A stretch of DNA of 63,935 bases, the filler included, from Diploschistes diacapsis (lineage: Eukaryota): NCBI GenBank assembly GCA_023645945.1. It is 23 parts of 23 records of this genome, joined end to end, with 100 filler letters (N's around TTAATTAATTAA, not from the genome) between each part and the next. Parts side by side here need not be neighbours in the genome. Positions count along the whole stretch, not along the records: positions 19,141 to 38,170 come from JALAIB010000385.1; 22 more parts are not named here. One strand, 5' to 3'. The notes below the pieces were generated by a model. The model was not told where the DNA came from. It saw only the letters and a program-made list of their open reading frames with translations, and ran no database searches. A program made the position numbers and the translations under genes. Positions 24,708-35,830 of the stretch are shown here, one piece after another (the first letter of the stretch is position 1; each line of letters opens with the position of its first letter).

Positions 24708-25256
24708 GGTTCTTGTGCGATCACTTTCGACAACCATCCTCTTCCCCCTTTCTGCTCTTCAAGACACCATCTGGCGAGGTCATCCTAGCTCTAGATGTTC
24801 GCTTCGACCTGAACTTAATTCGTTGCTTTGAACTTAGTTGGTGGTGGTTGGTAACACGGGTACAGAAACGATGGGATCGACGTTTCTATGGGGCGGCAAT
24901 GTTCTGTCGAAGCGTCTCTTTGCGTCGTTGCGGAGGCAGCATAGCATAGTATTGGTGTTCCGGGCTGTTGGGGGTCGCTCTGCATCGCTCTGCTTTGTGA
25001 CTGCATCTTTATGATCTCCCTCCCCCAAGCTATGTGCATGCTCGTTTTGCTATTTGGGCGGCGCTGGCTGGCTGGAAGGTTCGCTGAGTTCGAATAAGTC
25101 TATAGAAGGAAATAGTACGGAGTTAATTCCATCCGATACGTGAATTGTTCGATCGATCGACCACACGCATCTTAAACTCTCTCATTCTTAAACTAATCAC
25201 TATTCGAGCGTCCCTCTTGCAATCCATTACTGATCTCCCGAGGATCCTCTCCCTTG

Positions 25257-26813
25257 CTAGCGAATAGCGCCCACAACACCCCCAACCATGACCCCAACCT
25301 CCCTCTCCCAGCCCTGCAGCCCACTTCCTCCTGCTCCTCCTCCTCCTGCTCCTCTCCCACCATCCCGATCGCCCTTGCTCGCCCCCTCCACTCCCCTGAG
25401 CACCGTCTCCCGAATACTCTCCCTCAGCCTCTCCCTACCGCCTCTCAATGCCCTGGCCGCCACCCCGCCTCTGCCCAGGATCTCCGTCACCTTCGGCGCG
25501 AGCTGCCCGGCCAGGGAGCGCCAGAAGAAGGAGGGCAGGGAAGAAGTGTCGAGGGAAGCGAGGAGCGGGGAGAGGAGCGTTTGGCGCGGGGCCTCCGCCT
25601 CGGCCGTCGCTGGAGCAGCGGTAACCGGAGCTGTGGCCGGAGCTGTGGGGTTCCTGCCAGCGGGAGCGGGGAGGAGCGGGTGCGGGGGCGGAGAGATGGA
25701 GTCGAGGAGGGCCTCGAGCGCGACGATGTTCTGGCATCGGGCTGCCACTTCGGTCAGGGCGCGCGGGAGGGTCGGCAGCGAGGCGAGGGCGCGGGCGAGC
25801 GAGGCGGTGGACGAGGTGAGCGCTGTTTGGAGGTAGGTTTGGAGGGCTGCCAGGAGGAGCGCTGGCTGGAGATTCTGGCTCGTGGAGGGAGGGTTGGTGG
25901 GGGAGACGGGGGAGAGGAGGTAGAGGGCCACGAGCGCGGAGGTCGTACGGGATTTGGTTTCCTCTGTTTGGGCGTATAAGGAGAGAAGGGGGCCCGTTGT
26001 TGGGGTACCGGGAGGAGGAGAGGGCGTGGGTGCGTTGGTCGTGCCAGGTGCGGAGGAGGCAGAGCCGGACTGTTGCGGGTTCGCCAGGGTGGAGAGGGAG
26101 AACTCCCGCACTATCTGCTGCGCGCGGGTGCGGAGGCGCTGTTCGGAGGGTTCAACAAGGTCAGTCCTCAGCGTGTTGACGACGTTGATCCGGGAGAGGT
26201 GCTCGCCTTCTTCGTCCCGGCCGGAAGCGTCGAAGATGGCGCGGAGCGTGAGGAGACTGTAGGAGGCGCGGACCATGGCTTGATGGTCCTCCTTGCGGGG
26301 CGCTGTCGTCGATCTTGCAGCATTGGAGTTGGAGAGGGGCCCGGGTCCGGACTGGCCGAGCTCTGTTATTTGTGCTTCGAGCTGGCGTCCCAATAGCAGG
26401 CACCGCCCTACGGCGCGTCCAATCTTAATGGTCACCCATAGCCGAGAGGCAGCGAGGCGAACTTCCTCTGCTGCTGCATGTCGGGCTATCACTTCTTGCT
26501 CGAGCCGCTGGTAGCTCTCTGTGAGGTTGGCAACTTGAGCTGATACCTCACCGAGGATCTTGTTAGCGGAAGTCGACTGGGAACGAGTATGGGTCAACAG
26601 GGGAAGGGCGGACTTTGTCGTTAGGTCGTGAATGTGGGTATCGATCTCCTGTACATCGAAGAGAACTTTTGAGAGGGGTGTTGATAGGTCGACTGCGGTA
26701 TCCGAAGCATTGTTGGTAGAAGTCACGAGATTGTTTGCGAATGCTACTGGTGAGAAGGATGGGGCAAGAAAAGTTTCATAGTCTATATAAGAGACGTCGT
26801 CCAGATTTGCCAT
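25257..26813 (-). CDS. COG5: Conserved oligomeric Golgi complex subunit 5
   Basis: N-terminus SYIDYETFLAPSFSPVAFANNLVTSTNNASD..DLSTPLSKVLFDVQEIDTHI; later EVAARCQNIVALE, LDTSSLPSFFWRSLA and WEREVGVMV. Confidence 0.9.
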   Translation of the reverse strand: MANLDDVSYIDYETFLAPSFSPVAFANNLVTSTNNASDTAVDLSTPLSKVLFDVQEIDTHIHDLTTKSALPLLTHTRSQSTSANKILGEVSAQVANLTESYQRLEQEVIARHAAAEEVRLAASRLWVTIKIGRAVGRCLLLGRQLEAQITELGQSGPGPLSNSNAARSTTAPRKEDHQAMVRASYSLLTLRAIFDASGRDEEGEHLSRINVVNTLRTDLVEPSEQRLRTRAQQIVREFSLSTLANPQQSGSASSAPGTTNAPTPSPPPGTPTTGPLLSLYAQTEETKSRTTSALVALYLLSPVSPTNPPSTSQNLQPALLLAALQTYLQTALTSSTASLARALASLPTLPRALTEVAARCQNIVALEALLDSISPPPHPLLPAPAGRNPTAPATAPVTAAPATAEAEAPRQTLLSPLLASLDTSSLPSFFWRSLAGQLAPKVTEILGRGGVAARALRGGRERLRESIRETVLRGVEGASKGDRDGGRGAGGGGAGGSGLQGWEREVGVMVGGVVGAIR

Positions 26814-27279
26814 GTCGCTCAATTTCCAATCCGGGCTGGATACAAAGTTTAGTATCGGTAAAGCTTATAATCTTCTATCCGGAAATTCCCGAATAAAGAA
26901 TAGAGTTCTTGAGACACAATAAACTCTACAGTGTCGCCGGTAGTACGGGCCACCTTACCTGCAGCCGGTTTACATGAACGAGGTTATGATGAACCACAAG
27001 GGCAGCGCCAATCTGTAAGTTTGTAGTATACATGCACGCGCCTTGCTTGAGCAATAGATGGAGGACGTGGAACGATAGTGGAAGGGGAAATCATGCATGG
27101 CATTCCAATGTTTAAAAAGATTACTGTATGGAATGCGAGTTTTCTATAACAGCGGGACCTCAGAATCACCAGCTTGATTGATGGGTGCTGTGAATGAAGC
27201 AACATGGAGATATTCCCTTTATATAGGGATGGTGGTAGCTCCATCTTCATTCTTCTATCTCACAATCGTATTACGTATT

Positions 27280-28091
27280 ATGATGCATTCCTTCCACTCG
27301 CTTGCACTTCTGATGCTTTCTGTAATCGAACTTGTCCAATATCTGCCCAGACAAGTCCATCTCTCCTCCCTCATAATCCAACCGCCCCAGAATATCCACT
27401 GGAGAAGCTATGCTTATTCTGACCAAAGGCCGGTGCCAACTGAAGGGTCCTCGGAAGCCTCAAGATTGAAACTCGATCAAAACGTCCATGTCACCATATC
27501 CTTTTTCTCCACACCAACGTGGCCTGACAGTGGAGAATCGGAGGATGTTATAATATTACCCCTCGGAGAATGGCGAACGCCTGGTAGAAATGACCCACAC
27601 TGATGTGAAAACGTTTCTGATTCACCAGCAGACCAGTCCCAGAGTCTACCGCTTCATCCGCTCAGGGCCAGGATCATGGGTGCACAGTACTCAACCGACT
27701 CCTCTGTAGTGAAGGTAGCATATCCCGACCTGGATCACGTCGTTTGCGAGGCTTCGCTCGCTGGGGAGAGCAGGGTGCCAAACAATCGGCAACAGACATC
27801 TCTGTTCACCAGACCAATCTTGTTCCGATACAAAGACGAAGAGATAGTCTTCCGAGCTAGGAACGGGTCCGAAACGCTAAGCGAGCTCAGATTGTTGAGG
27901 TTTGGGTGCTGGTAGCTCGATATACCAAGAAAGGCCTGCATTTCCACATGATAATGCGAGAGCATGATGGCGGCAGCGTATACTTCTCATCTCCTTGGAC
28001 ACCGCGGCGCCTAGAAACCTTTTTATTTGACATTGAAGCCGATTGTAGCCTTGCAAGTCTCATCGGCGATATTCAAGCGCTCCATAGGTGA
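27280..28091 (+). CDS. Possible orphan secreted protein (tentative 3-exon model)
   Basis: TATA-like TTTATATAG at ~27218 and hydrophobic N-terminus MMHSFHSLALLMLSVIELV. Candidate introns 27584-27628 and 27847-27890 (weak donor) link three ORFs. No recognisable domain. Confidence 0.3.
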
Positions 28092-28168
28092 AGAATTGAA
28101 CCTAGTCGGTTGCCTACCGTAAAACTTCCTGAAGCCAGGACGCATCTCCATCTCAAATGCAACGGTAT

Positions 28169-28863
28169 TCAACCCGCATCTTCCCTTGCCTCTAGTCCTA
28201 CCATTTCATACTCGCCCCTGCTGACACTTGTTGCTCTTCTTACTCTGCCCAGCATTCTGTTAAATATGCTTCCATCTTCATCGTCGACATCATTGCCCTC
28301 TTCGTGTGGTAATGCTGGAGTGACTTTCGCCTTGGAGATTGATCCTCCGAAGCTCATAGGCCTCAGCTCCCGCCACTGACATGCCCAAATACCCAAGAAT
28401 ATCATCAACGCCGAGCTGCATGCTTGCAGGCCCCACCACAAATAATTTGTTGGTAAGGAGCGCGTGTAAAGGGAAGTAACGATGAAGTGCAATAAGTGTA
28501 CCGTCAGCGCAAAGTCCGGGACAAGCTTCGACCTGCTAACTAGTACAAGTAGTAGTATAGCGCTGTTCCCTAGTCAGCATGTATGCGCGCTCCATGTGGG
28601 ATATCAAGTACCTACCCGACCAGGCTTGTCAGCATCCAGCAGAGCCCAAGAGTCCACCCAATGGTGGTGTCTCCCCGCAGCGTCTGCCAGCTCAAGATCA
28701 GATCAAGTGTCAAACGTTTTCCCGCGACAAGGGTCGTGAAGGTAATGAGTATGGAGGCAGAGAAATAATACGCTGCCTGCAGCATACATATTTGTTTGAA
28801 GATTTTCAGTGGATCCAGGTCATTGACCGCGCCGGCGCGGGGTGGACGCCGCCGCCTGGACAT
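28169..28863 (-). CDS. SYS1: Sys1-family Golgi integral membrane protein
   Basis: MSRRRRPPRAGA..PLKIFKQI..LQ..YY and LRGDTT.GW; intron 28563-28615; RSKLVPDFALT.H and CQWRELRPM.F. Confidence 0.92.
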
Positions 28864-29154
28864 TACTTCGTCTCGAGACGGCATCCAAAAACCTCCTTGA
28901 AACATTCCCTCTGTCAACGACTCATCTTGCGTGTGCTTTAAACAGTTGGAGCACTATGTAGTCAGAAGGCAGATGATGGTAATACCAAGGGCTATGTAGG
29001 CGTTTCAAGGGCAAGGTTGTGGTGATGAAGCCTAGAATGTTATTCGAGGAAATGAGTTGAGGGTAGTGGTGGTTGCTATGTGTTGCAGTTGGTGTTCTTC
29101 TGGGCAAGTTGGCTAACATCTGGATACGTTGTAAACCTTTATACCACCCCCATT

Positions 29155-30554
29155 GGGCAAGTCTTATTCTACCTACTGTACACATAAATTACATGATAAG
29201 TACCATGGTTCTCAAGATACTTTCTCAGTCATACTAATTTGTATGCAGCCACAAGTATCTACGGAACTAGCGCTCTCTCCAACCACATTTGTTTACTTAA
29301 CGATCGATTACATGCTTTTTTTCTTGTTTTTGATCTTAACATTCTAATTTTTTTTTAGACGCGATGGAGCCCTCGTTGTTTGCTCGCCCTGCTCGCTCTG
29401 CGCGCTCTACCGCTCTCCCTGCCGCCGCCGCGGCCACGTTCGATGTAGTCGCCGACAATGATGAGCTGGGTCTTGAACACTTTATGCTCTACGACGCCCT
29501 TTCCGCCGTCTGCTGCCTCGCCGCCCCCTGGCTCGCCTGCCCTCGCCGCTCTTACCGAGCCTACGCGGGCCCGGACACCCTTACCGCCGCTGCCTGCTGC
29601 AGGAAAGTTTTACAGCTTCCCTGCGGATCTCCCGACGTGAAGGGCGCGTCTCTTTACCGTCGCGGACATCCTTCGGATGACCGTGGCGGATTTTGACGCG
29701 TTTTAGCCCTACGTGAATAACTTCTAGACGTCCAATCGGACGTCTGGAAGCATCATGTGGTATCGCTACCGCCATCTTTGGCTCGCCGAGCACGTCTTTA
29801 AAAATGTGCTCGATTAGGACTACTGGGAGGGACTCGCCGCCATATACGAGCATGGCGGCTTCGGTATATATAAAGATCTGGAAAAGACGTACCTCCCCGT
29901 ATAAGCGGATACGGAAATCTTGATCCGGCAGGAACGCCGGTTACAAATAAGTCGTCGCCTCATTTAAAGGCACTTGTATATTAATTACGTTTAGTTTAGG
30001 GAGATCCTGAAGGATCTCCAGGCCACCTTCTATGACTGAAAGACCGTGGCGGAGAGAGCGCCTTTGGAAGACCGGGATACCCTTATGGGCAACTTCCTAC
30101 GCGCTGCGGGTGAGCTTTATAACCACCTACCACTACGACCGGACGCGGAGATGGAGGAAAAGCGGAAAGGAGCATAATGGGCGACGGAAGGGAGCATAAT
30201 GGGCGACGAAAGGGAGCATAATGGGCGGAGAAGGAACACGGCATGAACGAGGCTCTGGGAGGTCTAAAAGCACGCTTTTAAGCTGCTTTTGAAGCACTTT
30301 AAGCACCTTTTAGTGCTTTAGTATCTATTCCTTATTACGATATAGTCTTTATGGCCATAATAATCATCAAATTTTATTTATTTTATTTAATTCTATATAG
30401 TTCCGCGTATTTCCATAAGTGACATGCATTTTGTATACAAATTACATAGAGATCTAAGTACCGAGCAGAGCCACAGCGAACTAGGCAGAATGCATCACTA
30501 GAGCGCCACTAAATATGTTACACAATTTTACAGTAGGCAGAATAAGACATGCCC
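29155..30554 (+). mobile_element. Non-autonomous, internally deleted Mutator-like DNA transposon
   Basis: ~26-bp TIRs GGGCAAGTCTTATTCTACCTACTGTA / TACAGTAGGCAGAATAAGACATGCCC flanked by a CCCCATT direct repeat. Relic ORF from ATG 29364 with RIP-type stops; ~22-bp tandem repeat at ~30169-30226. Partial copies at 1-163 and 62021-62416. Confidence 0.75.
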
Positions 30555-30760
30555 CCCCATTATCGAGAAGTTGCGGAGTTTAGACCCTTGGCGTTCCTTT
30601 ACACCGAGCTGGTAGAAAGTTGAAGCTCCTGTAGTAATCGAATTTTATTTACATCACGACAATATCAACTGCTATTCTTCCTCCAAACAATCTTTGGGGA
30701 TTTTGGATAGGTAACCTTTGCCGTTGCAGACCTCCAGCAATCCAACCAACTTACCTTCCC

Positions 30761-31186
30761 ATGACTTGGTGGTCCAGCTCCAAGCCTGCTGACCCGAAGC
30801 CTTCTTCAGACCGTGGCTTCGAGGCTCCCAACCGCAGCGACCGCGCAAGATGCTGGGCGGCAAGGGACGCTTTCTTTGCTTGTCTAGATAGACACGGAAT
30901 AGTCGACAGCCTCAAAGACTCCGACAGCGCTGACAGATCATGCGGTACAGAGGAGAAGCTTTTGCAGCGCGACTGTGCCAGCAGTTGGGTAAATTTTCAG
31001 CACAGATCCTGCGTTCCAACTCGCTAACATGGGACTAAGGTGACATACTTTAAACAACGGAGAGTCATGGAGCATAAGAAGAAAGCCATGCTACAAAATC
31101 TAAAGGATGAAGGCGCACAAGAGGTTCCGGGGGGTCTCCCAGGAAGCATGGCAGGCGCAGCGCCTGCTTCTCGATTTGCAAAATAG
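30761..31186 (+). CDS. COA6: Cytochrome c oxidase assembly factor 6 (COX6B-like twin-Cys protein)
   Basis: APNRSDRARCWAARDAFFACLD...C...C.SSW, intron 30989-31039, then VTYFKQRR. Confidence 0.9.
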
Positions 31187-32800
31187 TACCGCTCTTGCTT
31201 ACTTTGGTTGAATTTTGTTCTGTCAGGATAGCACGTCTTCTTCGGGACGAAGAACTAAACATTCTCGAACCGTCTGATAACGCCCCAGAGCGAAAGTGCA
31301 GTGGTTCTCTGACGATCAGCGAAGGAAAAGCTCCAGAGTGCATGAGCGTCGCGCCCAAGGCTGAAGCTACAAGGGCCGATGATTGCGTTCTACGAGATTT
31401 GTTCTTACAGCTTGATCACCGACCCATCGGTATCTACGATATAAGCTAGTGCAACAACAGCATCAGGGCTGCTCCATGCTGACGAGATAAAGTATGCGGC
31501 GTACCATACTATGGATATTGGACCATTGTTCAACAGCAGTGATCACGATGGCATTGATTTGAACCGAGAGAGGAAGATGGGCTTCTGGTTCTCGGGGAGG
31601 TTGCCTCATTTGGCAGACCTTGTTGTTCCAATCACCGAGTAGAATATGTGGGCGTAGCGAGTGGAAATGTACCTAACGTCCTTAGCAAACTCCGCTTTCT
31701 ACATACGTCTCTACACTGTTGTAGGCTTGCAGTAACACATTCGTCGAAAAACACAGGGTAAGTTAGCAGTTATTGGTTATATAAGGCATTACCGATTTTA
31801 GCGTTAGCTTGAGCCCTGTCAAACCTTCAGCCAAGCCACTATCGATAAGAGGGGGGCAAAGACTGATTATTGAATATCGAGACGCAAGAGGAAGCGGCGC
31901 TCGTATTCGTCGCACTTGGCGCATGCGCACCAGCTGCGGGATCGCTATTCCAGCGCCAGCGGTCTCGTCATGAATCATGACTCTTGCTAGAATCCGGTTA
32001 TGGAGTGGATGGTGGTCAGCACTGCATCTGTGGCGCGTGATTTAGCTCGAGCATTTTTATGCTTATTTTTGAAAGACGTGCGCCAGGGAGTGGGTGAAGG
32101 ATGGTGAATGCCTTCTCTAGGGAACGCACACAGCGAATCAAGTACCCGTTATTGAATGCTCAGAAACCACAACGAGCCGTGTCTTGTCGTATCGTATCGT
32201 AGGGTATGGGAGCCAACCGGCCAATTGGTGCAGAAAACACGGCGAGGCAAATTCAAGGCATACGCGCGTCACATGAAGCTGCTAGCTACATACCTACGTA
32301 CCTCTGTAAGTATTGATAAACAGTACTTTGAAAGAAGGAAATCCCCACAATTAGCAAGCAGGAGGATGGGGCAGCTGGTTGACAATGAAATTGAAGTTGG
32401 ATTGAGTGGACCGTGGACCATGGCCCATGGGCAAGCATGCTTGATGGAATAAGTCCAATATTCGAGGATAATGTGGTTAACTAGCGAGTTCTGGCGATGC
32501 TCGGACGAAGGCTGAAATGTGAAATTGTAGATGGTAGGTACCTAGTTTTCTTGTAGCATAATCCATCGCCACCAGAACTTCAAGAGAAAGTCAGCATCCA
32601 TCACCACTGCTTTATATGGAAAACTGTAGACGCACATTGTGAATGAACCATATATCATCAAAATCGGGGCAGTCTGGGTGGGACAATGCTCTACCGAGTA
32701 CGAAGGATGTTGCAGCCAGGCATCGACTCGTCGAGTAAGTATATCGTAGTCAAGTATCGTAGTAGCTGCGTTGAGAAGTGCGGAGATACACGGTTACACT

Positions 32801-33056
32801 CCATGTTTGGACGATTAATGGGCATTAATCATAGTTGACTAACGGTTAATGGGGCGTTAATCATTAATCGGATGAAATTAACAGATTAATATGCGATTAA
32901 CGCGATTATCGATTATTTATATAGTATTCATGCAATATTATGCAAAATTAAAGTCTTTTCTCCCCTATTTAAACCATTCGGCCCGATTAACTCACCGATT
33001 AATGGTTAATTAATCAATTAATGGGCCGCTAATCGGTTAATCAAGTCCCAACATGG
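32801..33056. mobile_element. MITE-like element (256 bp) with GATTAA/TTAATC subterminal repeats
   Basis: Imperfect TIRs CCATGTTTGGACGATTAA / TTAATCAAGTCCCAACATGG around an AT-rich interior; no clean TSD. Confidence 0.55.
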
Positions 33057-35830
33057 GTTTACAGCTCGATGCAACATCAAGAATCCATCTCTTATCATGA
33101 ATTACTTGTATTGCACGAGATTGTCTGTATCCAATACCTCTTGCTTTCTACAGTTGTTTGTTCCAACACCTGCCTGTCTCCTTCCTACTAAGCTCTTACT
33201 TGTGCCGTGATATTATGGGTTACGGTAGAGCCGCAGCCCATTGCCAACCGTTTTTCGTACGCCTGCTTCTTTTTGATGCGGTCACTTTGTGTGGCTCCTC
33301 GATCCGAGTGCACCTTGTCGAAAGCCTTGGTGCTCCATGGTGCTTCCTGTGGGATTGGTGGCTTGCATAAGAACACCGTAGCACCTATGCCACCTATCAA
33401 GTACTGGCAGCGTAAGATAGAGGCTATCGGAATGCTAAGTGGCCAGTTTCCGTACCTTATTACTGGACACCCTCAGATCCCGGGAGAAAGTCCGATCATT
33501 CTTGCTATTGGATTCAAGTCGTTCATGGAGCATCGAAGTAATTGGGTTGTGATCACTATCGAGCGGCATTCCGATCATGTACGTACTTTATAACCTACCT
33601 TATATGTATTACTAGTCGCTGACCCTATGTCCTTTCAAAGCTTCTTGCAAAGGCGCAAAGTGAGCAACGATTTTTAAGTGGGTAGTCAGCACCATGATAC
33701 TAGCCGACCCTTCGCATTAAGTTACTGAAGGACGATAACGGCACAGAGTATTTTGTACCAGGTTGGTAAAGGCCAGTCCGAGCCGGCTGCAGGAGCTTCA
33801 CCACCCAGCTCCGATACTCTAGGCCATAGTCAGCTAAGAGCATTTTGGTGCTCAGCAGCCTCAGGTGAGTGGGTACGCCTACCTAGTAGAGCTGATAGCG
33901 AGACTGGCAGGATTGGAAGGAAAGGTTTCCACCAAGGGGCCAGCTCATTGTTCCCTTTACCGTACTTCTTCGTACTCTGCTCCTCCGTACGCACAGAAAG
34001 GCATGCAGCTTTGTAATGTTAATATACGGAACAGCCCCTGCAAATGTTTTTGATCGTCGAAATCTACTCGGGTGTGTGTGCCTTAGGTGTTCTTGCTTGA
34101 CACGATCTGAACAGGCTTCCAGGGGCTCGGGAGAAGGGGCCGCTGTCTGTTGGATTTAATTAGCACAAGCTCTGTACTTGCCTATTCGTGATTGCTAGAG
34201 AACGAAGGAAGTGGTTTTCTTGGGAGGCTTTGCCGAAAATATACCGAGTTCAGGTCTTACTCTGTTTCTGTCTGTTGGGGTTGGCTGATACTCATTGGCT
34301 GCGGCCCCAGCCTGCTTCAGGCGAAGCTGATCTCATCCCATGGAGACCTTCTTCCAGTCCCTCTTCTAATATTACAGGGTATGATAATCACAACGGCTAC
34401 GAGACTGCAACTATGCATGCTTTTTGAATTTGGCTACAGCATCCTCAAGCCCGGAAAACAGTCACGAAGTAGCTCATCAGCCAGCCGGGGAACAGCTTTT
34501 GGGATGGTGAGTGGCCAAGGCATGGCGTTGGAATTAGCATCTGCTTCTTAGTTCAAGACTCAGGCCTGGTGGCATGGGGCAAGACGGGGGCAATCTCAGA
34601 CGCCGATGGTCGAATCAGAGGCTCAGCCAGATCGAGATAGACGAAGAGAAACGGGACAAGTGATATTAAGGTTACTTCCACCTGCTTTGTACAAGCTTTT
34701 CGTAGCTGCTAATGACGCCCTCGCTTCCTTCTCCATACCCGACCATGATAGTTATTCTCGGCTTCGCACAGCGAGCGAACTGGTAGCGACCATGACATTA
34801 TAGTAAAACTTTAATATTTCTGAGAACGGCACACGCCCGCCCCAGTCATCATCAGCGTATCTGCCAAAGGAGGAAATACGTTCGAACCTGGGCCCTTGGG
34901 CTCGAGCAATAAATCCTGCAAATGTGAAAAGCCACCCACCCCGTTCCGGCCTATTGTTACTATCGTTATTACCTCGACTGTTTTTGTCTTCCTCCAGCAT
35001 CTTCAGTTGCCTCGTACCATTGTGGAAAATACCACTGCTTTGTGATCGTCGAACGTATCGGACATTCTGTGCAGAGATCAACTTCGAGAAGCTTTTCTGG
35101 AGCACTACCCGACGCAAGCTTGCTTATTTACCTTATTTACCAACGTCGCTTTGCGATTGAGCCAGAAACATTTGACGTCTATTCTTGACATCCAACTCTC
35201 TTTTTCATCTGTTCAAAACGCAGTCAGGATAAATAGTCGAGCCGTAAAGGCACCAGCCAGCACAACCTTATTCTGCACCGCCCGCCCGCCCACGGGAGAA
35301 CAACCACCATCAATGCAACACCTTCCCTCACATTTCACCTCCTGGGTTGGACAAACATCGATTTTTGGGGCTCTGGTCGTTTTACCAACGCCCTAACACT
35401 CTACTCTATCTTCAGGCTTCCTAACACAGAAGTCATAGCTTTTCGCGGCGTCCAACGTGCAAACACGCAGAACTAAATTGCTTAGACCATCAACTCTAAA
35501 AAGTGACTACTCTACACGTACCGAAACAAGTCTAATCTACGATTCCTACTCTAATAATTCTTACTTAACTTGTTGCTGATCCGTGAGCTTCCGGTCTTTC
35601 TCCCTATTACCTGCCCTAGTCGCTTACAAGAGAATAGGGACCGGTCTCCTTTACTCCCCCACCCCAACCCCTTCCTTAATAACTCCTTAATACTGGGAAA
35701 TCTCGCTGGACGGATTGCATCCCTTGCCTTCTCCCAAATAGCACATGCTCAAACACAGCTTGCTCGTTGACGAGAGAGCTTGATCAGACCGAGTCACCCA
35801 AGCCGACAGTGCTACGAGCGGGCCTTCGCC

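Noticed and set aside
25254..26514. Several long overlapping plus-strand ORFs
   Set aside because: They are GC-rich antisense shadows of COG5.
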